A stretch of DNA of 64,000 nt from Cenarchaeum sp. (GTDB lineage Archaea > Thermoproteota > Nitrososphaeria > Nitrososphaerales > Nitrosopumilaceae). Position 1 is the first letter of the stretch. Each line of letters opens with the position of its first letter. The translations under genes were made by a program, and so were the position numbers. The stretch spans positions 256,001 to 320,000 of the forward strand of contig OY843584.1 of assembly GCA_963692915.1 (NCBI GenBank), given 5' to 3'. Under the pieces are notes generated by a model, which did not search any database, was not told the DNA's origin, and saw only the letters and a program-made list of their open reading frames with translations. This document shows positions 1 through 10,330 of the stretch, piece after piece.

Positions 1-60
1 GTACCCCTAAGAGACAGGGACCTAAACCCTGCGCCGTTGACCTGGCTTGGCGACTCCCGC
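1..60 (-). tRNA. tRNA-Leu(UAG), 3' end beyond window edge
   Basis: Reverse complement reads GCGGGAGTCGCCAAGCCAGGTCAACGGCGCAGGGTTTAGGTCCCTGTCTCTTAGGGGTAC: acceptor 5' strand, D-arm, CAGGG/CCCTG anticodon stem with TAG, then start of a long variable arm. Confidence 0.9.
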
Positions 61-110
61 GCCCACGCGTGCGCAAAACACAAATTTATCTATATTGGGC
101 ACGCCGCTTC

Positions 111-1448
111 ATGGGCCTCTTTGGCACCAACGGCGTGCGCGGGATTCTCGGCGAGGGCCTGACCCTGGGCGATATCCACGATATCGCCATGTCGATGGCG
201 ACCCACATCGGGCGCGGCCCTGTCCTAGTTGGCCGTGACGGGCGCGACACGAGCGGGCCCATATCCTCGATGGTCCTCTCGTCTCTTCGCTATGCGGGCA
301 TTGCGTGCGCCGATGCCGGCCTTGTCCCGACGCCATGCCTGCAGCTTGCAGTCAGGAACCTTGGATATGCCGGCGGGATCATGGCAACTGCGTCACACAA
401 CCCGCCCGAGTATGGCGGGCTAAAGCTGGTCTGGCATGACGGCATAGAGGCCTCACGCGATGACGAGGCCGCCGTTGAGCGCATCTATCGCGCGCGCTCA
501 TGGCGTGCGGCCTCGACATGGGGTGCTGCGTCTGTCGAGGGTCGCGCGCTTGAGACATACCGGCGCGGCATCGCGTCGATGGTCGACACTGCGGCGATCG
601 CGCGCTCTGGACTGCGCATTGCGCTCGACCTTGGAAACGGCGCACAGGCAGCCGCCGCCAGGGACGTGCTGTCTGGCCTGTGTGACAATGTGGCCTGCGT
701 CAATGATGAGATTGACCCAAACTTTTCTGGGCGCGGTCCGGAACCGCGACCTGACAACCTGTCGTCCCTGTCAGATGCGGTTCGCGACTCTGGTGCTGAC
801 ATTGGAGTGGCGTTTGACGGGGACGGTGACCGAAGCATGATGTGCGACGAGCGCGGCAACATTCTAAGCGGTGACACGTCGGCACTCTTTCTCGTAACTC
901 ATCTCCTGCAACGCAACGAGTCATCTGAGATTGTCACACCGATAAACTCTGGTGACGCGATAGAGGAGATTGCCAAAAATTCCCACTCGCGCGTGATCCG
1001 AACCGGTGTCGGCAGCGTGACAGTCTCGCGCGAGATGGCACGCCGCGGCGCACTCGCCGGCTTTGAGGAGAATGGCGGATTCATGTACGGTCCACACCTT
1101 CCGGTTCGCGACGGCTGCATGGCCGCAGCACTTGCGCTCGAGGCCCTCGCCGAGTCAGCACCACTCTCCTCGGCAGTCGCTGCGCTCCCAAAGTCGTTCA
1201 CCGCCAAGACGAGCGTGCGCTGTCCACCGGATCGCGCAGGGTCGGCACTTGCGGCCATCAAGGCTGCGCACCCCGATGCGGACACGCGCGACGGCGTAAA
1301 GGTTCGCCTGGGCCACCGACGCTGGGTCATGGCACGCCGCAGCGGAACCGAGCCCATCGTGCGCATATACGCCGAGTCTGACTCGTCATCTGGCCTCGAG
1401 GAGCTCCTAGCTAGGTACTCGGCAATGGTTGCTGACTCGCTCGGATAG
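111..1448 (+). CDS. glmM: phosphoglucosamine mutase / phosphohexomutase
   Basis: LFGTNGVRG N-terminus, TASHNP phosphoserine loop, FDGDGDR metal loop, GFEENGG, RRSGTEP. Confidence 0.9.
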   Translation: MGLFGTNGVRGILGEGLTLGDIHDIAMSMATHIGRGPVLVGRDGRDTSGPISSMVLSSLRYAGIACADAGLVPTPCLQLAVRNLGYAGGIMATASHNPPEYGGLKLVWHDGIEASRDDEAAVERIYRARSWRAASTWGAASVEGRALETYRRGIASMVDTAAIARSGLRIALDLGNGAQAAAARDVLSGLCDNVACVNDEIDPNFSGRGPEPRPDNLSSLSDAVRDSGADIGVAFDGDGDRSMMCDERGNILSGDTSALFLVTHLLQRNESSEIVTPINSGDAIEEIAKNSHSRVIRTGVGSVTVSREMARRGALAGFEENGGFMYGPHLPVRDGCMAAALALEALAESAPLSSAVAALPKSFTAKTSVRCPPDRAGSALAAIKAAHPDADTRDGVKVRLGHRRWVMARRSGTEPIVRIYAESDSSSGLEELLARYSAMVADSLG

Positions 1449-1587
1449 TGGCCGCCACAGTCGACGGGGTCGGCTGGTGGGGATGCGACTTTTGGGGCTC
1501 GCACGTGCCCTGTCGCATGGCGTGCTGCGCCTCCGGAATGCGCCTGAATGGGAATAAAGGGTTAAATGATCTGCTGATGCCCTCGTG

Positions 1588-1730
1588 CCTAGGCAGGACG
1601 TATACAGTTACCCCTGCTTAGGGTTCGGCAGCCCCGCGTTGGGGGGGCTGTCCTACCTGCTCATATCAGGTGGATTTGTGAGCTCCTCGGGTCTCTCCGG
1701 GGCGCATGGCCAACTATGACCCAGCCAACA
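1588..1730 (+). ncRNA. candidate structured non-coding RNA or leader upstream of rpl7ae
   Basis: No ORF. Flanked by TATA-like boxes (ggttaaat ~1560, ttttaa ~1732). Nested stems aggcaggac/gtcctacct, cagcccc/ggggctg, acctg/caggt. Family not recognised. Confidence 0.35.
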
Positions 1731-1767
1731 CTTTTAACCCCTCTAGCGCGCCCGTGCGCTCGGTAAA

Positions 1768-2154
1768 ATGGCAAAGTCATACTATGTCAAGTTCGAAACG
1801 CCCTCAAACCTCGTGAGCCCAATCCTCGAGGCCGTAAAGGCATCGGCTCAGACGGGCAAGGTCAAAAAGGGCACCAACGAGGTCACAAAGGCCATCGAGC
1901 GCGGCCAGAGCAAGCTCGTCATAGTCGCCGAGGACGTCGAGCCCCCAGAGGTCGTCGCGCACCTCCCGATACTCTGCGAGGAGCAGGGCGCGCACTATGC
2001 GTTCGTGCCCTCAAAGCAGGATCTTGGCAAGGCCCTCGGCATAGACATCATCGCAGCCGCTGCGGCAATAATCGATCCGGGCGAGTCAAAGCAGATAGTC
2101 GAGCAGGTCATAGAGTCAATCACTGGCCTAAAGGGCGGCAGTGATTCCAAATGA
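1768..2154 (+). CDS. rpl7ae: 50S ribosomal protein L7Ae
   Basis: [14 protein letters not shown]...[15 protein letters not shown]-type signature. Confidence 0.97.
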   Translation: MAKSYYVKFETPSNLVSPILEAVKASAQTGKVKKGTNEVTKAIERGQSKLVIVAEDVEPPEVVAHLPILCEEQGAHYAFVPSKQDLGKALGIDIIAAAAAIIDPGESKQIVEQVIESITGLKGGSDSK

Positions 2155-2372
2155 AGGCAGTCACCTCCACTGATGACTCGATAACTCCAGCAGAGGTGAT
2201 CCAGATCGTGGGCCGGACCGGCATCGCCGGCGAGGTCATACAGGTTCGCGTAAAGATACTTGGCGGGAACGACCAGGGTCGCATTCTCACGCGCAACATA
2301 AAGGGGTCTGTGCGCATGGGCGACACGCTCATGCTGCGCGAGACAGAGCGCGAGGCCAAGAAGATAAAGTAG
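2151..2372 (+). CDS. rps28e: 30S ribosomal protein S28e
   Basis: [17 protein letters not shown]...[11 protein letters not shown]...ETEREA; conserved operon position. Confidence 0.96.
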   Translation: MKAVTSTDDSITPAEVIQIVGRTGIAGEVIQVRVKILGGNDQGRILTRNIKGSVRMGDTLMLRETEREAKKIK

Positions 2373-2376
2373 GTGA

Positions 2377-2583
2377 ATGCCGTTGAGCCTTCTAGTCAAG
2401 CCATGCAGCTTTTGCAACCGTCCGGTGGCCAAGGGGTCAGGAACGATGCTCGTAAAGAATGACGGGACTGTCCTGTGGCTCTGCTCCTCAAAATGCCGCA
2501 AGAACATGCTTGTGCTAAAGCGTGATCCTCGCAAGCTAAAGTGGACAAAAAAGTACGTAAAGGGAGGGATACGCCGTAGTTGA
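2377..2583 (+). CDS. rpl24e: 50S ribosomal protein L24e
   Basis: CSFC...GSGTMLV...CSSKC...PRKLKWT. Confidence 0.96.
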   Translation: MPLSLLVKPCSFCNRPVAKGSGTMLVKNDGTVLWLCSSKCRKNMLVLKRDPRKLKWTKKYVKGGIRRS

Positions 2584-2984
2584 GCAGCGGGCGCACGCTC
2601 ATTGTGATAAAGCCTGATGGAGTCAAGAGGGGACTAGTCGGCAGAGTGCTGGCGCGCTTTGAGCAAAAGGGCTTTGCGATTGCCGAGCTTCGCATGCTCC
2701 AGTTTTCAGAAGACCAGGCAAAAGAGTTCTATTCACCGCACAGCTCAAAGCACTTTTTTGGCGAGCTCGTGTCGTTTGTGACGTCGGGCCGCGTTGTGGC
2801 GGCAATACTCGAGGGCAACGACGCCATAGCGGCGACGCGCCTCATGATCGGCGCGACAAAGTCATCTGAGGCGGCCCCCGGCTCGGTCAGGGGCGACTTT
2901 GGCCTCGGCTTTACTGATAATATCATACACGCCTCGGATTCAGAGCCGAGCTTTGACAGAGAGTCTCGTGTGGTGTTTGGGTGA
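2580..2984 (+). CDS. ndk: nucleoside diphosphate kinase
   Basis: [23 protein letters not shown] catalytic His motif. Confidence 0.97.
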   Translation: MSSGRTLIVIKPDGVKRGLVGRVLARFEQKGFAIAELRMLQFSEDQAKEFYSPHSSKHFFGELVSFVTSGRVVAAILEGNDAIAATRLMIGATKSSEAAPGSVRGDFGLGFTDNIIHASDSEPSFDRESRVVFG

Positions 2985-2990
2985 TCGGCC

Positions 2991-4772
2991 ATGCGCGTTC
3001 GGCAGCCAATCGTGGCCGTCCTTGGCCATGTAGACTCGGGCAAGACGTCCCTGCTTGACACGGTTCGCGGCACGGGCGTGCAGGGCCGCGAGGCCGGCGG
3101 CATCACGCAGCACATAGGCGCGAGCTTTTTGCCGGCCGAGACGCTTCGCGAGTCATGCGGCTCGCTGTATGGCCGGCTAGAGTCATCTGACTTTCAGGTG
3201 CCCGGCCTGCTCGTCATCGACACGCCGGGCCACGAGGTCTTTCGCAACCTGCGCACGCGCGGGGGCTCGGCTGCTGACATTGCGATCCTCGTAGTGGACG
3301 CCAACAAGGGCTTTCAGATGCAGACCAATGAGAGCCTCGACATACTGCGCAGGCGCGGCGTGCCCTTTGTGGTCGCGCTAAACAAGGTAGACGCGCTAGG
3401 CGGATGGCGAAACACAGAGACCGAGTCGATAACCGAGTCGCTAAAGGCACAGGGCGAGTCGATGCGCGCGACGCTTGATGAAAAGATATACGCAGTAGTC
3501 GGCTCGCTCTCGGTGCTGGGATACGAGTCAGAAGCGTTCTGGCGCGTCGGGGACTTTAAGCGGCAGGTCGCCATAGTTCCGGTCTCGGCGCGCACGCGAG
3601 TCGGCATACCGGAGCTCCTCACGGTTCTCGTGGGCCTTGCGCAACAGTACCTCCAAAAGCGCCTCGAGCAGTCATCAAAAGAGTCCCATGGGATCGTCCT
3701 TGAGGTCAATGACGAGCCCGGCCTCGGCGAGACGGCCAACGTCATGCTAATTGACGGCTCGCTTGGAATGGGCGACACGGTAATTGCCGCGACGCGCGAC
3801 TCGGCCATATCCACGCGCCCGCGCGCAATACTCCTGCCGAAACCGCTCGACGAGATGCGCGACCCGCGCGACCGCTTTCTTCCAGTCGAGCGAGTCGATG
3901 CCGCTGCCGGAGTAAAGATAGCCTCACCCGGACTTGCCGGCGTCCTGCCGGGCAGCACAATGTATGTTGCATCTGATGACGCCGCAATTGAGCGGCACAA
4001 GTCAGCCATCATCTCGGAGATAGGCTCGGTCTTTATCGACACAAAGACCACTGGCGTGATTGTAAAGTGCGACACGATAGGCTCCCTTGAGGCGCTGACT
4101 GAGATGATCTCCTCGGGCGCCACGGCAGTATCCAAGGCAGACATTGGGGCAGTCACAAAGCGCGATGTCGCCGAGGCCCGCGCGATCAAGGAGCGCGACA
4201 GGCACCTTGGCGTCATACTCGCGTTCAACGTCAAGGTTCTGCCTGATGCGCGCGAGGAGGCCGCAGTCCACCATGTGCGCATATTTGAGAACCGCGTGAT
4301 ATACGAGCTAGTCGACTCGTACACGCGGTGGGTCGGCGAGGACTCGGCCAACATTGAGGATGCGATATTCTCCGAGATCACGCCAATCTCGCGCTTTACG
4401 TTCCTTGAAGGGTGCGCGTTTCGCAACAGCGGACCGGCCGTCTTTGGTGTGCGCGTCGATGTCGGCACGCTGCGCCAAAAGGTCCAGTTTATGGATCCCA
4501 CGGGGAGGCGCGTGGGCACGATACACCAGCTCCAGCGCGACAAAAAGCCCGTGGATTCGGCGCGCGCCGGCGAGGAGCTCGCATGCTCGGTCAATGGCGT
4601 GACTATCGGGCGGCAGCTCATAGAGGGCACGACATACTATACGCTGCCGACATCCTCTGAGGCAAAAAAGCTCCTCGCTGCATTCCTGCACCGCCTGTCG
4701 AGTGACGAAAAGACCGCACTCAACGAGGTCGTCGAGGCGCAGCGCGCGCGTGATGCAGCATACGCGTACTAG
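2991..4772 (+). CDS. infB: translation initiation factor aIF5B (IF-2)
   Basis: [28 protein letters not shown] motifs. Confidence 0.97.
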   Translation: MRVRQPIVAVLGHVDSGKTSLLDTVRGTGVQGREAGGITQHIGASFLPAETLRESCGSLYGRLESSDFQVPGLLVIDTPGHEVFRNLRTRGGSAADIAILVVDANKGFQMQTNESLDILRRRGVPFVVALNKVDALGGWRNTETESITESLKAQGESMRATLDEKIYAVVGSLSVLGYESEAFWRVGDFKRQVAIVPVSARTRVGIPELLTVLVGLAQQYLQKRLEQSSKESHGIVLEVNDEPGLGETANVMLIDGSLGMGDTVIAATRDSAISTRPRAILLPKPLDEMRDPRDRFLPVERVDAAAGVKIASPGLAGVLPGSTMYVASDDAAIERHKSAIISEIGSVFIDTKTTGVIVKCDTIGSLEALTEMISSGATAVSKADIGAVTKRDVAEARAIKERDRHLGVILAFNVKVLPDAREEAAVHHVRIFENRVIYELVDSYTRWVGEDSANIEDAIFSEITPISRFTFLEGCAFRNSGPAVFGVRVDVGTLRQKVQFMDPTGRRVGTIHQLQRDKKPVDSARAGEELACSVNGVTIGRQLIEGTTYYTLPTSSEAKKLLAAFLHRLSSDEKTALNEVVEAQRARDAAYAY

Positions 4773-5167
4773 GTGACACGCGCGGCGAGCCCACGCAAGC
4801 CGGCCGCACCGATCGCCCCGACTGCGCGCGTGACCTCGCGGCCCTTTGAGAACGCGATGAACGTGGGTATCGACTGGACGCCAAGGCGCTGCGCGACGGG
4901 CTGGCAAGAGTCGATATTGACGCGCGCGACTCGTACGCGGCCGGCGAGCTCGGAAGCAATGGCCTCCACTGTAGGATGCATTGACCTGCACGGGCCGCAC
5001 CACTCTGCCCAAAAGTCCACAATGACAGGAAGCTCGCCGTTTATTGCCGCATCAAATGAGGCTGCGTCAAGCTCGACAACACCGGCCGGCTCGGGAGGCC
5101 TGGATGCCTCCTCGACCATCCTGCGCATCTTTTGTCGCATGATCGCCTCGACCTCGGGGTCTTCCAT
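4769..5167 (-). CDS. trxA: thioredoxin
   Basis: DFWAEWCGPC active site; start taken at MEDPEV. Confidence 0.92.
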   Translation of the reverse strand: MEDPEVEAIMRQKMRRMVEEASRPPEPAGVVELDAASFDAAINGELPVIVDFWAEWCGPCRSMHPTVEAIASELAGRVRVARVNIDSCQPVAQRLGVQSIPTFIAFSKGREVTRAVGAIGAAGLRGLAARVT

Positions 5168-5266
5168 GTTGCGCACTGGATGGCGGGTCGTATTTAACGC
5201 ATGGCCGCCTGCCATGCCGTGTCGCATCAAGAAGGCTTATGACGAGTGCCGCGCCAACTGCACCCC

Positions 5267-6022
5267 ATGATCGAGGACTCGTGGCTCGTCCTGCTCGGCC
5301 TTGCAGCTGGCATGGTCGGCTCTATGGTCGGCCTTGGGGGAGGCCTCATTGTGACGCCGGTTCTAGTCTCGGCTGGATTTGCGCCGGCAGTGGCTGCGGC
5401 CAACAGCCTCTTTGTCTCGCTTGGCAACGCGGCGGCCTCGACTGTGTCGTACTGGAGGCAGGGGCGGGTTCGCACCCGTGCCCTCTTTCGCATCACCGTT
5501 GCTGCCGTGCCGGGCACGGCCGTCGGCGCACTTGCGGCTGATGCGATACTCCCGTCGGCTTTCAAGGCGCTCCTTGCGGTCCTTCTCATCGCGTGCATCG
5601 TCTACATGATGACGCGCCAGCGCGTCATGAGCTCAGATACGCCACCTGCAGCTCCATTTGCGCTACTTGGGATGTCTGCGAGCTTTTTTGCAGGCGTCAT
5701 GTCGAGCTTTTTTGGCATCGGCGGGGGCATCATATTCGTCCCACTCCTTCTGGCGATCCTTGGGCTGACGATGCGCGATGCAGTCGCGACGTCGCAGGCG
5801 ATACTGATTCCAGTCTCGTTTGCCGGCGTCATCTCGCACACGATCCTGGGCCACACGGACTATTACCAGGCAATGCTCCTGATGGCCGGCGCAATGGCTG
5901 GCGGGTACATTGGCGCGCGCATGTCAGCGCGCGCGCAGGATCGCCCGCTCCGCATACTCGCTTCTGTAATCATGGGACTCGCGGCAATAAAGCTCGCACT
6001 CGACTCGGTGAGCGAGGCCTAG
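5267..6022 (+). CDS. TauE/SafE family membrane protein (sulfite exporter-like)
   Basis: Duplicated GLGGG / GIGGG motifs and about 8 hydrophobic segments. Confidence 0.88.
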   Translation: MIEDSWLVLLGLAAGMVGSMVGLGGGLIVTPVLVSAGFAPAVAAANSLFVSLGNAAASTVSYWRQGRVRTRALFRITVAAVPGTAVGALAADAILPSAFKALLAVLLIACIVYMMTRQRVMSSDTPPAAPFALLGMSASFFAGVMSSFFGIGGGIIFVPLLLAILGLTMRDAVATSQAILIPVSFAGVISHTILGHTDYYQAMLLMAGAMAGGYIGARMSARAQDRPLRILASVIMGLAAIKLALDSVSEA

Positions 6023-7776
6023 GAGCGCGACTCGTCGGTGCAAAAGACGACCTCTGATGAGGACGCTGCACCGTCAGATAGCGCATAGTCGAGCACGTCG
6101 GCGATCCTCTCGGTGCTCGCCTCGGCCCCGCCAGCCGAGCCCGGAAGGGCCACGAACGCCCTCATCCCTGCGCCTAGCACGTCGGCGAGCTCCTGGTTTA
6201 CCGTGGCCGCAAACGGCCTCAGCGCGCCGCGAAAGACCTCGGCGCGCGCAGACTCTGCCCTGGGCGCCCTCTTGCCAGACGGCAGTGAGGGCCCGACTAG
6301 CACGAGTGCGCCGCCGGCCCCGCCATACAGGCGCGGATCCTTGCCGCCGCCGGGAACCATGGCCTCCATTCCGGCGCGCATCGTGCGGGCCGGCCCGCAC
6401 AGAAACCTCTCGACTAGCGCGTCCCAGCCGGCCCTGTCAAGGGAGCAGAGGCGCGAGCCGGCCGGAACGTTGCCCGTGACGTGGACGACTCCGGCGATGC
6501 CGCCGGTCATCGATGATGCGGCCTGGAGCCACCGCGAGACCTCCTCGGCCTTTGTGATGTCAGCCGTGTGCGAATGGAACGCCTCGAGTCCTGCGCGCAT
6601 GTCCGGCGGCACGCCGGCCCCAATTACAATGACTGCCTTGCCGCCACGCGACTCTGCCCTCTTGGCGAGCTCTACTGCAGCATCGCAGCCTGCGGCGTCT
6701 GTTGCGCCGACCACGATAACGACTGCCTTGCCGCCAAGGTCGCCGGCCTCAACTCGCGGTGCCGGCCCGCCAATGTGCGGCCTCACCGGATAGAACACCC
6801 TGTCGCCGGGGATTACCTTTCCGTTGATAGTCGCCGCAAGTCGCGGTTCGCATAGCGCAACGACTGTGAGGGCGACCTGGTCCTGTGAGAGGAACTGCCC
6901 GTCGGCTATCATGCCTGCCGTGTTCTTTTGTATCTTTTCGGCCACCTTTGAGACCTTTTCGAGCAGGGACGCCATGGTGCCGGCGTCACCTGATGGCACC
7001 TCGGATGCTGCCTGCTCGGATGCGGCCTTTACGGTCTTTTCATCCTCGCCTAGTGCGGGCAAGAGTATGGCGCACGCGCGCTCGACGTCTGCAGGAGGCA
7101 TGTCGCCAAACCCGCCAACGCGCATAAACTCTGCGGCAGCCTTTGGGTACACCGTCTTGTATATGCGATCAGAGTGGACCGGTCCGGGGTTTGTCGCAAT
7201 CGAGATGATGCCCTCTTCCACGAGCTCTACTGAGAGGGCCTCGGCCAGGCGGTTCTTTGCGCCCTGGGCCGCAGTGTATGGCGTCCTGAACCTGTATGGC
7301 CTCTGCTCGAGTGGGCGCTCTTCGGCAAAGAACGTCGTTATCGTCAGAATGATGCCGCCCTTGCCCATGACCCTCATGGCCTGCGCTGATGTCCAGAACG
7401 TGCCAGTCAGGTGTATGGCCACTGCGGACTCGAAGTCCTCCTCGGACGCGTTGGCAAAGCACGTCACAGGTCCGGAGACGCCGGCATTGTTGACCAGAAT
7501 GTCGACCCTTGCGCCGTCACGCTCCAGCTCGTCGAACATCTTTGTGACTGCGCCCGCATCTGCCACGTCAACGCCGGGGAACATCCTGACCTTGCCGCCG
7601 CGCCCCGCCTTTGCCGCAATTGCCTCCAGCTCGCGCATTGCGGCCTCGAGCGGCTCGCGACGCCTGCCGAGTATGATTATGCTGGCCCCGCGCTCGGCCA
7701 TGGCCTTTGATATTGCCAGGCCGATCCCTGTCCCGCTGCCGGTTATGAGCGCGGTTCGGCCCCCAAAGTCCTCCAT
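6019..7776 (-). CDS. two-domain SDR oxidoreductase, malonyl-CoA reductase-like
   Basis: TGSGTGIG, NNAG, YRFRTPY, PGPVHSDR, followed by a degenerate second SDR fold; 585 aa. Confidence 0.8.
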   Translation of the reverse strand: MEDFGGRTALITGSGTGIGLAISKAMAERGASIIILGRRREPLEAAMRELEAIAAKAGRGGKVRMFPGVDVADAGAVTKMFDELERDGARVDILVNNAGVSGPVTCFANASEEDFESAVAIHLTGTFWTSAQAMRVMGKGGIILTITTFFAEERPLEQRPYRFRTPYTAAQGAKNRLAEALSVELVEEGIISIATNPGPVHSDRIYKTVYPKAAAEFMRVGGFGDMPPADVERACAILLPALGEDEKTVKAASEQAASEVPSGDAGTMASLLEKVSKVAEKIQKNTAGMIADGQFLSQDQVALTVVALCEPRLAATINGKVIPGDRVFYPVRPHIGGPAPRVEAGDLGGKAVVIVVGATDAAGCDAAVELAKRAESRGGKAVIVIGAGVPPDMRAGLEAFHSHTADITKAEEVSRWLQAASSMTGGIAGVVHVTGNVPAGSRLCSLDRAGWDALVERFLCGPARTMRAGMEAMVPGGGKDPRLYGGAGGALVLVGPSLPSGKRAPRAESARAEVFRGALRPFAATVNQELADVLGAGMRAFVALPGSAGGAEASTERIADVLDYALSDGAASSSEVVFCTDESRS

Positions 7777-7930
7777 TACGGGACACGTGTCAGTCGCGCA
7801 TTATTTAATTGGATTGTCGCACATGGGGCATGGTGCCCGCATCCCTGTCCATTTGGTCAAATGGGCTCGATCCTACCACTCCATTTGCCATTACGGTGCC
7901 CGTCGAGACGTGAGTGGACACAGGGACAGC

Positions 7931-9844
7931 GTGCGAGGCCTCGCCACGATTGCCGTGGCTGCCATGGCGGCTGCAATTGCATTGGCCGCCGCGCCTGCAG
8001 CGCTAGCGCAGGCAGACGACGCGCCGGTACTCGAGGCGCTCGTCGACTGTGAGCCCAAGGACACGCTCATAGCGTTCGCCGCGTCTCCGGAGCCCTACAG
8101 GATCGCCCTGCTCGCCACTGGTGCCGGAGACGACGAGGTGTCGCTCTCACTCCAAGTTCTCCGGGTCTCGCACTGGCCAGTGCGGGACGGCGCCGGAGAC
8201 GACGCGCAGGTTGCGCTAGTCGACCACGGTGGCGGCATGGCGACAGTCACCGTGGACAGGTCTACTGCCGGCGAGCGTCTCGTGGAGGTGACTGCGTCTG
8301 ACGTGCACGGCGAGTCTAGAGCCGTGCACCTGCTGCGCATCCTGCCCGCCCCGTCGGAGCCGAGCGCCGATCGTGGCTCACAGGCCAACAAGGACGCGCA
8401 CGACTATCAACCCGAGCTCGAGGTGCTCCTCGGCGGCGTGCCGGTGCGGCGCGTGGACCTTGCCGAGTCGCCCGGAGTCGCGTGCTTGGAGCTGCGCACT
8501 CCAGGCGCAGAGGGAGACGCGGTGGACTTTACGCTCAATGTGATCGAGACTGCGCCATTGGATCCCCTGGCCGGCGCCGGAGCGCCGCCGACCCTTGTGG
8601 ATCACGGTGACGGGACGGCGATGGTCATGGTGGACAAGTCTGCTGCCGGCGAGCGCACCGTGCAGATCGGCGTCTCTGATGCGTACGGCGAGGAGCTAGA
8701 CTGGTACATTCTGCGCGTGCTGTCCGCCGATGCGGACAGTCGGCCACAGGGGCACGCAGGCGGACTCCCGTACGCCGTGGAGGGCAGGTCTGCTGCTGGT
8801 GCCCCGTTGCCACCGCGCCTTGTGACCCAGGCGCACCAGCAGATGTGCGCAGACACACCATACACCGAGGACACGTGGGGCGTGAAAAACCATGACAACG
8901 TTCACGTGCCCTTGTTTGACTGGTCCGAGCGCCCCGCCATGTCCGGCGTGCCGCCGATAGAAGGCACGTCAAAGATGGATGCTGCGATCATTTACCCTGA
9001 CGGCAGCTCTCCCTCTACAGTCGGAGAGCGATATTGGTGGGGATGCCACACGCGCGCGTCGTTTGGGACGCAGGTGCCCCAGTGGGTCATCCTGTGCGAC
9101 GTGCCGGGCGATGACAGGACACATTACTATATCAGAAATGCCGAAGCGTCGGATAATGCCAGCGCCCCGTGGCGTACAAACCCGTACACGGGAAACGTTG
9201 CAGATTATAACAGTGGTCCGGCTCACACCTATGCCGCAGCTCCGGGACCACACTGGCTCAGGGTTCATTCTGACGATCCTGCGTACACACAGTCCAAACT
9301 CTACGGACCATTTGGCCCGTACGCGTATGTTCCGTACAACGAACTGTTTGTAAAACCGGATTACTATGCCCGCTCTATCTACACCAGGGTCGACGGCACA
9401 TACTCCTCGGTGCCAGAGCTCCTCCCGTTCTCCGACAGGATGGTGATCCGGGCGACCGCATTCCATGAGGATAACGTGACGTTCCACATAAGGGCGAAAG
9501 AGGGCGTGCTCGACGTGTCAGGGCGGGAGTCACACGCGCTGGTAAACGGAACCTTGGTTCCGTTGAGTGTCGAATGGGCGGGATTGACCTCGTTCTACAC
9601 AACGATCAGCGTCAGCGTCAGGGTGTCTGACATTGCAAAAGACAACGACATCTTCATCAGGGGCATAAACGACGACGAGCGCACGAGAGACGGGGTAGTC
9701 AAGGAGCTCCACGAGGTCGCGCTCGTCGCCAGTATACCCGTCTCTGTGCCCAACAAGCACACGTATGCTCCAATAGATCCGGCCTTTGCCATAACGCCAT
9801 GGGAATGCTGGCCGTCACTCGACGGCACAGCCTGGGTTCCATAG
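7931..9844 (+). CDS. secreted/surface protein, paralog 1 (two Ig/cadherin-like repeats plus unknown C-terminal domain)
   Basis: GTG start aligned with the paralog at 10331; Ala-rich signal peptide ending ALAQ; two LVDHG(G/D)G-A-V-VD(R/K)S-AGER repeats. Confidence 0.8.
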   Translation: MRGLATIAVAAMAAAIALAAAPAALAQADDAPVLEALVDCEPKDTLIAFAASPEPYRIALLATGAGDDEVSLSLQVLRVSHWPVRDGAGDDAQVALVDHGGGMATVTVDRSTAGERLVEVTASDVHGESRAVHLLRILPAPSEPSADRGSQANKDAHDYQPELEVLLGGVPVRRVDLAESPGVACLELRTPGAEGDAVDFTLNVIETAPLDPLAGAGAPPTLVDHGDGTAMVMVDKSAAGERTVQIGVSDAYGEELDWYILRVLSADADSRPQGHAGGLPYAVEGRSAAGAPLPPRLVTQAHQQMCADTPYTEDTWGVKNHDNVHVPLFDWSERPAMSGVPPIEGTSKMDAAIIYPDGSSPSTVGERYWWGCHTRASFGTQVPQWVILCDVPGDDRTHYYIRNAEASDNASAPWRTNPYTGNVADYNSGPAHTYAAAPGPHWLRVHSDDPAYTQSKLYGPFGPYAYVPYNELFVKPDYYARSIYTRVDGTYSSVPELLPFSDRMVIRATAFHEDNVTFHIRAKEGVLDVSGRESHALVNGTLVPLSVEWAGLTSFYTTISVSVRVSDIAKDNDIFIRGINDDERTRDGVVKELHEVALVASIPVSVPNKHTYAPIDPAFAITPWECWPSLDGTAWVP

Positions 9845-9974
9845 GAGATGGCAAGTCGGCCTCGTGGGGCACAAAGGCGCGTCCTGGCCGTGTGCATTTA
9901 CGGCCAAACCCATGAAATATGCCATGCCGCAACCACAACCTCTCTTTATATAATGCCGAGTCCTCTAGTATCGC

Positions 9975-10329
9975 ATGGGGCTCGCTACCGCACTGAGGCG
10001 CATGGCCGGTCCTGCGCCTGCATTGGCAGTCACCGTGGCGCTCGCCGTGTCCAGAGCCGGTCGGCATCTCTATGCGCGCCACGGATCCCGAGGGTGATGA
10101 CGTCACGCTCTCTGCCCGCGTGGTCAAGACGGCTCAGGGGTGGCTACCAGAAGACTTCGACTCACCGCTCACGCTCGCCGACCGCGGCGACGGCACGTCC
10201 ACAGTAGGCGTGGACACGTCAGTCGTCGGCGAGTACGTCGTAGAGTTCATGGCCGCCGACGCGCACGGCGAGGAGTGGGGTCTGCACGTCATCTGCATAT
10301 CCCCGGCGAGCGCGGGGGCGTCGGGGTAG
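9975..10329 (+). pseudogene. deleted/frameshifted third family member (signal peptide plus one repeat)
   Basis: TATA-like tttatataa at ~9944. ATG 9975 gives MGLATALRRMAGPAPALAVTVALAVS, then a frame change to PEPVGISMRATDPEGDDVTLS...LADRGDGTSTVGVD, homologous to the neighbours' repeats. Confidence 0.6.
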
Positions 10330-10330
10330 C

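Noticed and set aside
3314-4630. Long antisense ORFs (also 12823..13713, 14343..15620, 33878..34834, 38785..39720, 41735..43081)
   Set aside because: They mirror well-supported genes on the other strand, as expected in GC-rich DNA, and have no motifs.
6824-7930. N-terminal 369 codons of the 1006-aa ORF
   Set aside because: Mostly the antisense shadow of the SDR gene. The paralog alignment and signal peptide place the start at GTG 7931.
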